In this document: positions 1 to 10,507 of the stretch, in pieces
Numbering within the stretch: the stretch's first letter is position 1
How the letters are laid out: each line of letters opens with the position of its first letter
From: Candidatus Poribacteria bacterium
GTDB lineage: Bacteria; Poribacteria; WGA-4E; WGA-3G
Direction: 5' to 3'
DNA: 64,000 nucleotides
NCBI GenBank assembly: GCA_965198235.1
Contig: OZ240248.1
Location: 4,928,001 to 4,992,000, forward strand
Position numbers and translations under genes: made by a program
Notes under the pieces: generated by a model
Told to the model about the DNA's origin: nothing
The model's database searches: none
What the model saw: only the letters and a program-made list of their open reading frames with translations

Positions 1-16
1 CTTTGCTTTTCTCACA

Positions 17-1339
17 GTGACAATTAGCGGGTGCGGGCCAGGCGGCATTAACATTATTCCCCTCGGTGCTAAACTCCAGAACGCAGACACTGCGTTTGAC
101 GAGGCGGAAACCATAGAGGTGCAAGATGATGACCCGGAAAGGATGGAAAAGAAGCGCCAGAGGCGGCAGGAACTTTACGATAGAGCGATAGCACTCTATT
201 CAGAGGTCATTGAACGCGATACGAAAGGGAAATGGGCACAGCGTGCACATTACCAGATCGCCAAAGTCTATAAGCGCCGCTATGATTGGGATAAAGCGGT
301 TGAGCATTATCAAACTATTGTTGCGTTAGATCCCACCGGATATTACGCAAGCGAAGCAAAAAGAGGTACGGCGAATATTCGAAAGAACCGCGAGGTCATT
401 AAGGCAAAGCGGGCTGAATACCAAAACTATAAAGCGATTTACGATGATTCGCCAACAGATGAGACCTTTAATATCGCTGCAGAGGCACTCTACGAGGTCG
501 CTCGTGCTTATGAAAGCTTAGAGAATTATAACGAATCCATCCGCAATTACGGGCGAATGGTCGAAGAGTTTCCTGAGCATCCGAAAGCTTCGCAGGCGCA
601 ATTCCAGATTGGTAGCGTCTATTTTTACACCCTTTTCGACTATCGAGGTGGCTGGCCCGCTTTTGTCGGAGTTACCGAGAAGTTTCCAGATTCTTACGAA
701 GCTTCGCAGGCTGGAACACTTCTGAAGCAGACGAATGAAATCCTGGTAGAGATTAGTTTTCTAATAGATGAAATTGATAAGTTCCGCAACAAGAAAGCAG
801 TCGAATACCGAAAGACTGGACGGAAAATTACGCCTGCTGATATGTGGGTAATGGGATATAGCGACCAGGTCGTTCAGAATTTCCAGCAGATTGCGGGTAA
901 CTGGGAGAAGCTTCGCAACTTCCCCCGTGCTATTAACGCCTACAAGACGTTGGCGAGAGACCTGTCGCATAAAAAATTTGCCTCCGCAGATGCTCTGTAT
1001 CGTACCGGCACCCTTTATCAACAAAATGGTGAGTACGAGCGTGCGATCGAGGCATATAACAATCTGTTTACGAACGCACCAGAGTCTGTATGGCGAAACG
1101 AAGCCGTTTACCAACAAGCGGTTTGCTATCGTTCCATCCGTGAATTCGGATCTGCTTATGAAGGGTTCAAAGCCTATATGAGCATTACAAAGGGAGATAC
1201 ACCCTACCTTCGCGAAGCAGAGCAGATTGTCCGTCAGTATGAACTTGATCAGGACGAAGACGGATACAAGTTCTACGAGGAACAAGAAGCCGGAACATCC
1301 GACCAGGATGCTGACTCTCATCCCGGCATGGGCAGCTAA
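17..1339 (+). CDS. TPR-repeat (lipo)protein, BamD/CpoB-like; probably 5'-truncated by the window edge
   Basis: Multiple TPR units (AHYQIAKVY, ALYEVARAY, AQFQIGSVY, ALYRTGTLY, AVYQQAVCY); lipobox-like ISGC at the N-terminus; acidic DQDEDG tail. Confidence 0.75.
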   Translation: MTISGCGPGGINIIPLGAKLQNADTAFDEAETIEVQDDDPERMEKKRQRRQELYDRAIALYSEVIERDTKGKWAQRAHYQIAKVYKRRYDWDKAVEHYQTIVALDPTGYYASEAKRGTANIRKNREVIKAKRAEYQNYKAIYDDSPTDETFNIAAEALYEVARAYESLENYNESIRNYGRMVEEFPEHPKASQAQFQIGSVYFYTLFDYRGGWPAFVGVTEKFPDSYEASQAGTLLKQTNEILVEISFLIDEIDKFRNKKAVEYRKTGRKITPADMWVMGYSDQVVQNFQQIAGNWEKLRNFPRAINAYKTLARDLSHKKFASADALYRTGTLYQQNGEYERAIEAYNNLFTNAPESVWRNEAVYQQAVCYRSIREFGSAYEGFKAYMSITKGDTPYLREAEQIVRQYELDQDEDGYKFYEEQEAGTSDQDADSHPGMGS

Positions 1340-1612
1340 TTCCAATTTTAGGGAAACCACCTTTCTATACCTCGGTTTCCCTATGCCGCTTTGGTAGAAG
1401 TGTGATCGGTCGTGTGCTGTAGGGCGAGGTTTTGTGCTTTTTCATCGTTCATAAATGCATGAAGATGGATGGCATGAGGACTTGCCCCTACATACACTAA
1501 CCGACATCGCGCTTTAGAGGCTTATTTAAAACCTGCCCTGCAAGTAGGAAATTATTATGTTTACTGCAATGTTTATGGAACGAGCAGGGACTGAGCAGGG
1601 GACCGTCTCGTA

Positions 1613-2434
1613 TTAGATAAACAGTTGAACTCGAGAACGTTCCTCCGGTGGTAAGTGGCTGAAAACCTTTTGTCGGATAATTTCCGGCGTATAACGACGG
1701 GAGAAGTGGATTAGGACGATATGTTCGCTCTCAACATCTGCCAAAATTGAGGGTAACATCTCAAGATGTAGATGCATTGTCCGCTTCGCACGCACCCGAT
1801 GCTCCGGTAGGATGAATGTGCATTCGCAAATCAGGACTTTGCACTGTTTGAGCAATGGATGTGCATCAAGTGGGATACTCCTCGTATCCCCTAAGTAGGC
1901 GATTAAGGGCAATTGCACCTCTGTCGTTATCTCGACCCCTGAATGTTTCAGTTCCGCGATGTCACGCCCTGGCAAATGCTGAAACTCTGGTTTTAGTTTA
2001 TTGCGCACCTCACAAATCAAATAAGAAACAGCCGGGACACTGTGATCGCTTGGCAAAATGTGTGCCACTAAATTTTGCCGAAACGGAATCACATCACCTA
2101 CCTGAACCGGTGTGATTTGATACGCCCAACTCCTGCCGGTATCCAACGCGGAGATCCTATCAAGAATGTGCATCAGTTGCTTAGACCCGCTCCAGGGGAC
2201 GTAGATGTTCCCCGGGGGTATGCCAGCAAGCCAGCGTTGACTGATGTAGATAGGTAATCCGAAGTAGTGATCGAGGTGGAAATGGGAAATGAAAACGTTG
2301 CCGATGCCGATAAAATTCATCGGACATCTGCCTAAATCGAAAACGAGATCCAGTTCTTTTACTCGAATATAAGTTGCAACGGCGGAACTCGATTTTCCCT
2401 CAAGTGTTAAATTACCACAATGCAATAGTGCCAT
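1613..2434 (-). CDS. MBL-fold metallo-hydrolase, RNase Z-like
   Basis: SHFHLDH motif, HSVP, YLGDT, ECTF, HLH and IHFSRRY motifs typical of tRNase Z. Confidence 0.8.
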   Translation of the reverse strand: MALLHCGNLTLEGKSSSAVATYIRVKELDLVFDLGRCPMNFIGIGNVFISHFHLDHYFGLPIYISQRWLAGIPPGNIYVPWSGSKQLMHILDRISALDTGRSWAYQITPVQVGDVIPFRQNLVAHILPSDHSVPAVSYLICEVRNKLKPEFQHLPGRDIAELKHSGVEITTEVQLPLIAYLGDTRSIPLDAHPLLKQCKVLICECTFILPEHRVRAKRTMHLHLEMLPSILADVESEHIVLIHFSRRYTPEIIRQKVFSHLPPEERSRVQLFI

Positions 2435-2670
2435 ATTGAATAGTTTTGACCATCAACTCGTGCCTTTGAAAGATGTAGAAGACGAGTTGATGGTTAAAGT
2501 CGTCAGTTATTAGTTGTCAGAAGAATAGACATCAGTCATCAGTTATCGGTTTTCAGTGCCTTAGCGAAGTACGGGTATCGACTCATCAGTTCCTCTGTTC
2601 TTGCCAAGCACTGGCAACTGACGACTGATAACCGATAACTAACTATTCACGTCTTACGAAAGGACAAGAA

Positions 2671-3528
2671 ATGCGTATCGGAATTATTGGCGGCAGCGGT
2701 TTTTATCAGATGGAAGGCTTAACAAACATCGAAGAAATCACGGTCGAAAGCCCGTTCGGCAAACCGAGCGATGCCCTTATTCTGGGCAACCTTGATGGGA
2801 AGCCCGTTGTTTTCCTACCGCGGCACGGCGTTGGTCACCGGATCCTTCCTTCTGAGATTAATGTCCGCGCTAATATTTATGCCCTAAAATCGTTAGGCGT
2901 AGAATGGCTCATTGCTGTCAGTGCTGTCGGGAGCCTCAAACAAAAAATTGAACCCCGCCATTTCGTTGTACCGGATCAACTCTATGACCACACCAAGCAC
3001 CGGGAGTCAACCTTTTTCGGTGGTGGCATTGCCGCACACATTAGCCTTGCACACCCCTTCTGTTCAATCCTGAGCGACTTTTTATACACCGCTACCACCG
3101 ATGTCGGCGCAACCGCTCATAACGGCGGCACCTATATCTGTATGGAAGGACCAGCGTTTTCAACGCAAGCAGAATCGAACGTATATCGGACCCTCGGATT
3201 TGACATTATCGGGATGACCGCAGCACAGGAAGCCAAATTAGCACGCGAAGCAGAAATCTGCTATGCTGTCCTCGCATGCTCTACCGATTATGATTGCTGG
3301 CACCCTGAACACGACCACGTTACCACCGAGATGATTCTTGACAATGTCCATGCCAATGTGGAGGCTTCTAAAAAGATCGTAAGAAGTGCTGTTGCCAAAA
3401 TTCCAGAGGGAGAACGGAGCTGTGCCTGTTCAACCGCCCTTCAATACGCACTCGCCACCCAACCAGACAAGATACCAACGGCTAAGCGGCACGAATTAAA
3501 ACTCCTTTTGGATAAGTACTTGACGTAA
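2671..3528 (+). CDS. mtnP: S-methyl-5'-thioadenosine phosphorylase
   Basis: IGIIGGSG, FLPRHG, EGPAFST, IGMT and TDYDCW motifs. Confidence 0.93.
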   Translation: MRIGIIGGSGFYQMEGLTNIEEITVESPFGKPSDALILGNLDGKPVVFLPRHGVGHRILPSEINVRANIYALKSLGVEWLIAVSAVGSLKQKIEPRHFVVPDQLYDHTKHRESTFFGGGIAAHISLAHPFCSILSDFLYTATTDVGATAHNGGTYICMEGPAFSTQAESNVYRTLGFDIIGMTAAQEAKLAREAEICYAVLACSTDYDCWHPEHDHVTTEMILDNVHANVEASKKIVRSAVAKIPEGERSCACSTALQYALATQPDKIPTAKRHELKLLLDKYLT

Positions 3529-4857
3529 CGTCTCAAAAATTCTGTCCGCCTCCGCTTCTGTCAGAATCAGCGGTGGTGCGATGAAAATGATATTTTCCGG
3601 TTCGTCGACAGCATGTCCAATTTTCCCGACGATAATCCCCCCTTTATCAAAGTCTCGCAATTGACCCACGATTCGGTTAGTTGTCGCTGTTTCCAGATGA
3701 GTGCCATCGGCTTGGACAAGTTCCACCGCTATCATCAGTCCTTTGCCACGGACATCACCGACAATGGGTACGTTGCGCAATGTTTCTAATTTCGAGAGCA
3801 GATACGCACCTACCTTTTCCGAATTTTCCCAGAGACGTTCCTTTTGAAGAATTTCAAGGTTCGCAATACCAGCGGCACATGCCACTGGATGTCCGCCGTA
3901 GGTGCAGACTTGAGCGAATTCCCTGTTTTCATCGGATTCGCCGAGGAATGCGTTAAAGACCGCTGTTGAGGCGACACATGCCCCGAGGGGTAGATAACCA
4001 CTCGTCAACCCCTTTGCCAGTGTAATAAGGTCAGGCTGTACGTCCCAATGCTCACACGCGAACATCTTTCCGGTGCGTCCAAAGCCGGTGATCACCTCAT
4101 CGAGAATGAGGAGCAAGCCGTAATCGTCACAGATTTGCCTCAATTTCGGGAGATATTCATCTGGCGGGACAATCACACCACCACCACCGATGATGGGCTC
4201 AGCAATGACACCAATCACGGTTTCGGGTCCCTCCGACTGGATTATCCGTTCAATTTCATCAGCGCACGCGATACTGCAAGAAGAAACGTCTAAGCCGAGT
4301 GGACATCGATAGCAGTAGGGCGGATGTGCATGGGGAAAACCCGGAACGAGTGGTTCAAAAGCCTTCCGTCTGCGTGCCTGTCCTGTCGCTGACAGTGCGC
4401 CATATGTAAACCCGTGATAACCACGATACCGACTGATGATCTTGTAGCGATTCTCGCCCGGATAGGTTTGTCTGCCGTACTGCCGTGCCATTTTGATGGC
4501 GGTCTCATTTGCCTCCGAACCGCTGTTGCAGAAATAGACATGATTCAAATCACCCGGAAGACATGCAGCGAGTTGCTCGGCTAATATCGTGGCAGGGACA
4601 TTAATCTGCGAGTGTGGATAGTAAGGCAACTGCTGTATCTGGGCATAGACTGCGTCTGCAATCTCCTGCCTTCCATAACCGACATTGACGTTCCAGAGTG
4701 CCGAGTACGCATCTAAGTACTCGCGTCCTTCTACATCTATAAGGGTTGTCCCGTGTGCCGATTCAAAAACGGCTAACGCCGTTTCTTCAAGGCGTTGATG
4801 CTGAAACAGAGGATGCCACACGTGTGCCTTATCGGTTTTTCTATAATCTATCGTCAT
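3496..4857 (-). CDS. Class III PLP-dependent aminotransferase (omega-amine/BioA-like)
   Basis: SGSEANE, YHGFT, DEVITGFGRTG and AKGLTSGY (PLP lysine); start chosen at MTIDY, while the ORF track extends to 4956. Confidence 0.88.
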   Translation of the reverse strand: MTIDYRKTDKAHVWHPLFQHQRLEETALAVFESAHGTTLIDVEGREYLDAYSALWNVNVGYGRQEIADAVYAQIQQLPYYPHSQINVPATILAEQLAACLPGDLNHVYFCNSGSEANETAIKMARQYGRQTYPGENRYKIISRYRGYHGFTYGALSATGQARRRKAFEPLVPGFPHAHPPYCYRCPLGLDVSSCSIACADEIERIIQSEGPETVIGVIAEPIIGGGGVIVPPDEYLPKLRQICDDYGLLLILDEVITGFGRTGKMFACEHWDVQPDLITLAKGLTSGYLPLGACVASTAVFNAFLGESDENREFAQVCTYGGHPVACAAGIANLEILQKERLWENSEKVGAYLLSKLETLRNVPIVGDVRGKGLMIAVELVQADGTHLETATTNRIVGQLRDFDKGGIIVGKIGHAVDEPENIIFIAPPLILTEAEADRIFETLRQVLIQKEF

Positions 4858-5003
4858 ATTTTTTCCTATGGTCATTGGCTGTCGGCTATCAGGGCGTTCG
4901 CTACGCTCACTTTCAGCATGCTTCGCAGTGAGAATAGGGATTTGTGGCGTTTGCAATCGTTTTTACTGCCATAAACATCTCTTTACTGAAAACTCATAGC
5001 CAC

Positions 5004-6713
5004 CTACATAGATGTCGGGGCAGAGATGCCTAAAAGCGTTAGCCCGTTTTTCAACACTCTTTGCACGCTCTGTATCAGAATGAGTCGTGCGTACGTTTTT
5101 TCCATGTCTGTCGGATCAAGGACCCGGTGTTGATTATAGTACGGATGAAAAATTCCTGCGAGTTCGTGCAGGTAATGCACAATGCGATGTGCTTCCCGTG
5201 CCTCTGCGCTCAAAAGCACGGCTGATGGGAATTCGGCTAATTTCCGGATCAATTCGTGTTCCATCGGCTCTGTGAGTCGATTTAGAGAGACTGCTTCAAT
5301 AGATTTAGGTGTAATTCCCTGATCATCTCCCTGCTCGAAGATGCTACAGCACCGTGCATGGGCATATTGGATGTAGAAGACAGGGTTTTCGCTGGCATGC
5401 GTGACTGCCAATTCCATATTGAAGTCGAGATGGGTGTTGTTGGCACGCATGAGGAAGAAATAGCGAGCGACATCCACCGCAAATTGTTCGCCGACGGTCT
5501 CTGCGAGGTCATCAATGAGATCATCAAGGGTAAGAAACTGTCCTCGACGTTTTGACATATCTGACCGCTTGCCTTCTGCATCGACGAGGTTCACCCGTTG
5601 GATGATAAAGATTTCGAGCCAGTCGTCAGGTAGACCGAGCGCTTTCACAAAGTTTTTAAGGTGAGTGATGTGTCCTTGGTGATCCGGTCCGAGGAGATTG
5701 ATGACTTTAGTGAAGCCCCGGTCGAACTTATCGCGATGATAGGCGGCATCTGGCACGAAATAGGTATATTCGCCGTTGCTTTTTATGACGACGCAATCCT
5801 TGTCGTCACCAAAATCCGTCATCCGGAACCATGTTGCCCCTTCCGCTTCGTAGAGATATGTCTTCTCGCGGAACAGTTCAATAATTTCCTCCGGTTTCCC
5901 AGTCTCTCGGATCGCTTTTTCACTGGACCAGACATCGAAATCAACACCAAAACGTTCTAAAGATTTTTTTTGTTGTGCCAAGATGTGGGTAATGCCTTTG
6001 TCCCGGAAAACTGCCACCCGTTCTTCTGTCTCAAGTTGAAGATGGACATCACCTTCTGTATCAGCGATAACTTGAGCGAACTCCCGAAGATATTCTCCTT
6101 GATAGCCTCCCTCTGGAATTTCTAATCCCTCTTCACCGAGTGCTTGCCGGTAACGGACATCTATTGATTCGCCGAGGCGTTCGACCTGTCCACCGGCATC
6201 GTTGACGTAATACTCCCGGACTGCGTTGTAGCCTATGGCATTTAAGAGATTGACGAGGGTATCCCCGACTGCTGCTGCGCGCCCACTGACGATGTTAAGT
6301 GGTCCCGTAGGATTGGCACTGACAAACTCAATCTGAAGGTGTTTCCCTTCTCCTTTGTTGCAGGTTCCGTATGCTTCCTGCATCGTAGCGATTGTCTGGA
6401 GTGTGTCGTAGAGCCAATTATCGGCAAGGTGAATATTGATGAAACCAGCACCGGCAATATCAATTTGGCGGATGGTTGGATGGGCATCGAGATTGATGTG
6501 TGTGACAATTATCTCGGCTATTTTGCGGGGTGCCATCCGTGCCTGTTTCGCGAGTCCGAGGGCAATCGGAGTGGCGACATCCCCGTGTTCGGGCGTTTTG
6601 GTCGGTGAGAACGGGATCTTTGGCACTTCGGGTATAGTGAGTTCCCCGGCGGCAACAGCGGCGTGGATTGCGCTTTCTATAATATCGTAGATTTCTGCTT
6701 TAATTGTATCCAT
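5004..6713 (-). CDS. argS: Arginine--tRNA ligase
   Basis: EFVSANPTGPL, EYYVNDAG, MSKRRG and YIQYAHAR motifs. Confidence 0.96.
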   Translation of the reverse strand: MDTIKAEIYDIIESAIHAAVAAGELTIPEVPKIPFSPTKTPEHGDVATPIALGLAKQARMAPRKIAEIIVTHINLDAHPTIRQIDIAGAGFINIHLADNWLYDTLQTIATMQEAYGTCNKGEGKHLQIEFVSANPTGPLNIVSGRAAAVGDTLVNLLNAIGYNAVREYYVNDAGGQVERLGESIDVRYRQALGEEGLEIPEGGYQGEYLREFAQVIADTEGDVHLQLETEERVAVFRDKGITHILAQQKKSLERFGVDFDVWSSEKAIRETGKPEEIIELFREKTYLYEAEGATWFRMTDFGDDKDCVVIKSNGEYTYFVPDAAYHRDKFDRGFTKVINLLGPDHQGHITHLKNFVKALGLPDDWLEIFIIQRVNLVDAEGKRSDMSKRRGQFLTLDDLIDDLAETVGEQFAVDVARYFFLMRANNTHLDFNMELAVTHASENPVFYIQYAHARCCSIFEQGDDQGITPKSIEAVSLNRLTEPMEHELIRKLAEFPSAVLLSAEAREAHRIVHYLHELAGIFHPYYNQHRVLDPTDMEKTYARLILIQSVQRVLKNGLTLLGISAPTSM

Positions 6714-6781
6714 ATAAGCAAGTTCAAATTATATATTCGTCAATTTTTGTTGTGAGATTGAGCGTTTTGCCTAACAACAGA

Positions 6782-6810
6782 ATTATATCACAATAGGAAG
6801 TATATGTCAA
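6782..6810 (-). promoter_or_regulatory. sigma70-type promoter of argS
   Basis: Minus strand TTGACA-17 nt-TATAAT with an extended -10 TG. Confidence 0.7.
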
Positions 6811-7112
6811 ACATTCCTTTGGAGGTGTTAGGCTCATTTATGGCAAATTTTAGAAAGATGTAGCCATTTCAATGTGTGCGGTCTAACAAACGCCTCTCCT
6901 CCGCTAGCGAGGTGTTTTTGATAGGGTGTTTCCCCTAGTAACCTCGCCCTTCGCTACTGTATCGGTAATTGTAAAATCTACCCTAAATAGTTGATGGTGT
7001 GTCAGGATACTTCCAATTTACCAGGGTGCGTAAAGTTTTTGGCATTAACCCTTCCGTTTCTCTTGTGGAGGGTCTAACCCGATTTACCCGTGGATTTGAC
7101 ACGAGGGCTCCC

Positions 7113-7159
7113 AAAAATCCGCGAAATCCGTGTCATCCGCGACAATTCGCGATTCAGAC
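7113..7159. repeat. Dispersed AATCCG-periodic repeat
   Basis: Reverse complement matches about 48127-48172 (gtctgaatc..attgtcgcggatgacacggatt.cgcggatttt) with few mismatches. Confidence 0.75.
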
Positions 7160-7308
7160 GAAAAAATAACGTATCACCCAAGGAACACCCCACAGCCCTG
7201 CTTTTTGACAAAATATTTACACATTCAATTTGCCACTTGCCTTTTAAAGATAAGGTGTTTATACTGTAAGTGGAGACCTCACGAATCCAATAGAAAGGGA
7301 GTGGAACA

Positions 7309-8124
7309 ATGCGAGTACTCATCATGTCGGATATGGAAGGTGTCAGTGGTATCGTCGTGTGGGAACAGGTGAGCGGCGGTGCGGCGATGTTTGAGGAAGG
7401 ACGACACCTCTACACGGAGGAGATTAACGCCGCCGTGCGCGGTGCGAAAGCCGCAGGGGCGACAGAGATTGTCGTCGTAGATTGCCACGGGGCAGGACAA
7501 GGGTGGACCTTTAATTCGCTCATTCCCGATAAAATCCACCCGGATTGCGAGTGGGTAGCACACCATGGATGGGGACGCTACGAAGATATGTGGAAGGACG
7601 GTTGTGACGCGTGCTTGCTCATCGGTATGCATGCCCGCAATGGCACGCCTGCTGGGGTGTTGTGCCATACGATTTCCAGCGCGCAATACCGAAATCTTTG
7701 GTTCAATGACGACCTTGTTGGTGAGACTGGAGTGAACGCCGCACTCAACGGATGCTATGGTGTGCCAGTTGCACTGGTTACAGGCGATGCGGCAGTCTGC
7801 CGAGAAGCCAAAGAACTCCTCGGCGACGCACTGCCTACAGTCGCTGTTAAACAAGGACTCAGCCGGTTTAGTGCGCGACAACTTCCGCCGGTACGTGCCC
7901 GCCAATTGATTGAGGACGCAGCAAGAGACGCACTCACGGATTTAACTCGTGTTAAGCCTTATGTCCCTGATACCCCGACGACAATCAAAATTGAACTCTC
8001 AAGTGTGGATAAACTCGCAGAATTCAAAGGACGACCGGGGGTTGAGATAACAGGTCCTGTTACCGTTGAAAGCCGGGCAAAAGATTGGCTGACGGCATGG
8101 AACCAATTCTGGCCCTATGTCTAA
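7309..8124 (+). CDS. M55 family D-aminopeptidase (DppA-like)
   Basis: SDMEG, VDCHG, GMHAR, HTIS, GETG and VTGD motifs. Confidence 0.9.
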   Translation: MRVLIMSDMEGVSGIVVWEQVSGGAAMFEEGRHLYTEEINAAVRGAKAAGATEIVVVDCHGAGQGWTFNSLIPDKIHPDCEWVAHHGWGRYEDMWKDGCDACLLIGMHARNGTPAGVLCHTISSAQYRNLWFNDDLVGETGVNAALNGCYGVPVALVTGDAAVCREAKELLGDALPTVAVKQGLSRFSARQLPPVRARQLIEDAARDALTDLTRVKPYVPDTPTTIKIELSSVDKLAEFKGRPGVEITGPVTVESRAKDWLTAWNQFWPYV

Positions 8125-8543
8125 GATTCGTCAAGAACATCAAGCGGATCACCAGCGGCATCTGCACGTTCTAAAATTTCGACTTCGTAGCCATCCGGAT
8201 CGGTGATGAATGCCATTTTCATTCCACCTGATGTGAATTGTTTGTGCCATTCATCGGGCCAAATTTCCAGTCCTGCTTTCTCTAACCCGTCGCAAAATTC
8301 GACAATGTCTGGGACACCGATGGCGAAGTGCATCAGATCCTCTTGAACCTGAAGTTCAAAATCGGGTGAATAGGTTAATTCTAATGTATGTGCATTGCCC
8401 GGGAGTTCAAGATGGACGATCTGGTTGCCCGCTGGAGATTTATCGCTCCGACTGAGAACTTTGAACCCTAAGTGATCGCAATACCAATTGATGGAACCGT
8501 CAAGGTCGCTGACGCGAACCCGCGTATGTAAAAAAACTGCCAT
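8121..8543 (-). CDS. VOC/glyoxalase I family protein
   Basis: HTRVRV, LELT, HFAIGV and DPDGYEVE metal-ligand motifs. Confidence 0.85.
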   Translation of the reverse strand: MAVFLHTRVRVSDLDGSINWYCDHLGFKVLSRSDKSPAGNQIVHLELPGNAHTLELTYSPDFELQVQEDLMHFAIGVPDIVEFCDGLEKAGLEIWPDEWHKQFTSGGMKMAFITDPDGYEVEILERADAAGDPLDVLDES

Positions 8544-8691
8544 GTGAGTCTCCTTTGTAAGCGTTATGAAGACATAATAACATACTCAATGGATTTTGGC
8601 AAGGTATCGACAGCATTTTTAGGAATGGTTTTGTCGTTGAAAATAGGTGTCAGGTTGTATATAATACACCTAAACAAAAAAGGAGAATCCC

Positions 8692-8904
8692 ATGGACCAT
8701 ATTTATACTGCACTCATCCAACAACGTGGCGAGTGGTGGATCGGACGGATCCAAGAAATCCCGAGTGTGAATTGCCAAGAGAGAACACGCGACGAATTAT
8801 TGGATACGCTGAAAATCACGCTCAGCGAAATGCTGGAAATCAACCGAGAGGAAGCCATCAACCTTGTTGAAAATGGATATCAGGCGGTTACAATCCAACT
8901 ATGA
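8692..8904 (+). CDS. hicB: HicB-family antitoxin (short, RNase H-like fold only)
   Basis: YTALI..EIPSVNCQERTRDELL pattern; ATGA overlap with hicA. Confidence 0.8.
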   Translation: MDHIYTALIQQRGEWWIGRIQEIPSVNCQERTRDELLDTLKITLSEMLEINREEAINLVENGYQAVTIQL

Positions 8905-9086
8905 AACGCCGGAGGCTGATTAGACATCTCAGGAGGCATGGCTGTTGTTTGATTCGCGAAGGGAGAAAGCACGCTATATGGGGAAATCCTGTCATGAATA
9001 CTAAAACTCCTGTCCCTCGTCATACCGAGATTGATAATCAACTTGCTGCAGAAATCTGTAAACAGTTAGGGATCCCACCCCTATAA
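8901..9086 (+). CDS. hicA: HicA-family toxin (mRNA interferase)
   Basis: LIREGRKH..W.N...TPVPRH.EI..ICKQLG. Confidence 0.85.
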   Translation: MKRRRLIRHLRRHGCCLIREGRKHAIWGNPVMNTKTPVPRHTEIDNQLAAEICKQLGIPPL

Positions 9087-9117
9087 TTGAAAAATCTGTG
9101 CCTAACGCGGAGAAAAA

Positions 9118-10497
9118 ATGCCCCGAAAAACCGATAGACCGAACGTTCTCTTTATCATGTCAGATCAGCATCGATACGATTATCTGGAGACTGACGAGAA
9201 TGCGCCTACCGCACTCAATACCCCAAGCTTACGACGCTTAGCGGAAGCGGGCGTGAGTTTCCCAAACTGCACAGTGAATGCACCTGTCTGTGCGCCGTCA
9301 CGTATCGCTCTTGCATCGGGATTGCAACCTTCACGAGTGGGGGCAGTAGATAATGGAAGTTTCCTACCGGCCACCGTGCCGACCTACTATCAGCAACTTC
9401 GCGACTACGGCTATCGCGTCGGATGTGTCGGTAAACTCGATCTTGCCAAGCCCGATGGCTATAATGGACGTTACGGCGACCGACCTCGTACCTATAGTTG
9501 GGGGTTCACACATCCTGAAGAGTGTGAAGGCAAAATGCATGCTGGAAGTTCACCAACACCTATCGGTCCTTATACGCACTACCTTCAGGAGAAAGGGGCA
9601 CTCAAAGCGTTCCACGAAGATTATCAGAAACGCAGTAGCGGCGGTTGGATTAAAGGCGGTTCTCACGATTCTGTCCTCTCGACAGAAGATTTCGCCGATA
9701 CTTATATCGGCAGACGGGCAACGGAATTTATTGAGAACATCCCTGATGATTTTCCATGGCATCTGTTCGTGAGTTTCGTTGGACCGCATGATCCGTTCGA
9801 TCCGCCTACGGAGTATGGGGACAAGTATCGGAATGCAGAGATGCCTCCGGCTATCGTTAGCGATATGGAAAGGAAGCCTGAATGGGTGAAACGGCGCGTC
9901 GTCGATATCAGTCCTGAGGAGATTACTGTAACACGTCAACAGTACTGCGCTGCGACGGAACTCATTGATGACCAAATCGGAGAAATGCTTCGCGTACTTG
10001 AACAACGTGGGATGCTCGACAATACCTATATCATTTATTCAAGTGACCACGGAGAAATGCTTGGTGACCACGGGCTTTACACCAAAAGTGTCGCGTATGA
10101 AGCGTCGCTCAGAGTCCCACTTCTCGTCGCCGGACCCGGCATTGCGGGAAACCAGATTTCGGAGAGTTTGGTCGAGTTGATTGATCTGAATCCGACGATA
10201 TGTGAATTAGTGGGTGTGCCTGTGTTACCGCGTATTGACGCGAGGTCTATTGCACCTATTCTTCGTGGTGAAACTGAAACGCACCGCACCGAAACCGTGA
10301 GTGCCCTCCGAAACTTCCGTTGTATTCGGACGGCAACGCATAAACTCATCGAAAACTACAGCGATGTGACGGAGCTATACGATTTAGAGAACGATCCGTG
10401 CGAACTCCGCAACATCGCCGAGTCGGAACGTGAAATCGCTCGGACACTCAGTGGGCGTTTGGCGAGGCGGTTCCGCTCAGAGTTGAGCACGGATTGA
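9118..10497 (+). CDS. Sulfatase (formylglycine-dependent, choline-sulfatase-like)
   Basis: PNVLFIMSDQHR, CAPSR (CxPxR), PHDPF, SDHGEMLGDHG and ELYDL motifs. Confidence 0.92.
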   Translation: MPRKTDRPNVLFIMSDQHRYDYLETDENAPTALNTPSLRRLAEAGVSFPNCTVNAPVCAPSRIALASGLQPSRVGAVDNGSFLPATVPTYYQQLRDYGYRVGCVGKLDLAKPDGYNGRYGDRPRTYSWGFTHPEECEGKMHAGSSPTPIGPYTHYLQEKGALKAFHEDYQKRSSGGWIKGGSHDSVLSTEDFADTYIGRRATEFIENIPDDFPWHLFVSFVGPHDPFDPPTEYGDKYRNAEMPPAIVSDMERKPEWVKRRVVDISPEEITVTRQQYCAATELIDDQIGEMLRVLEQRGMLDNTYIIYSSDHGEMLGDHGLYTKSVAYEASLRVPLLVAGPGIAGNQISESLVELIDLNPTICELVGVPVLPRIDARSIAPILRGETETHRTETVSALRNFRCIRTATHKLIENYSDVTELYDLENDPCELRNIAESEREIARTLSGRLARRFRSELSTD

Positions 10498-10507
10498 ATA
10501 AATTCAA

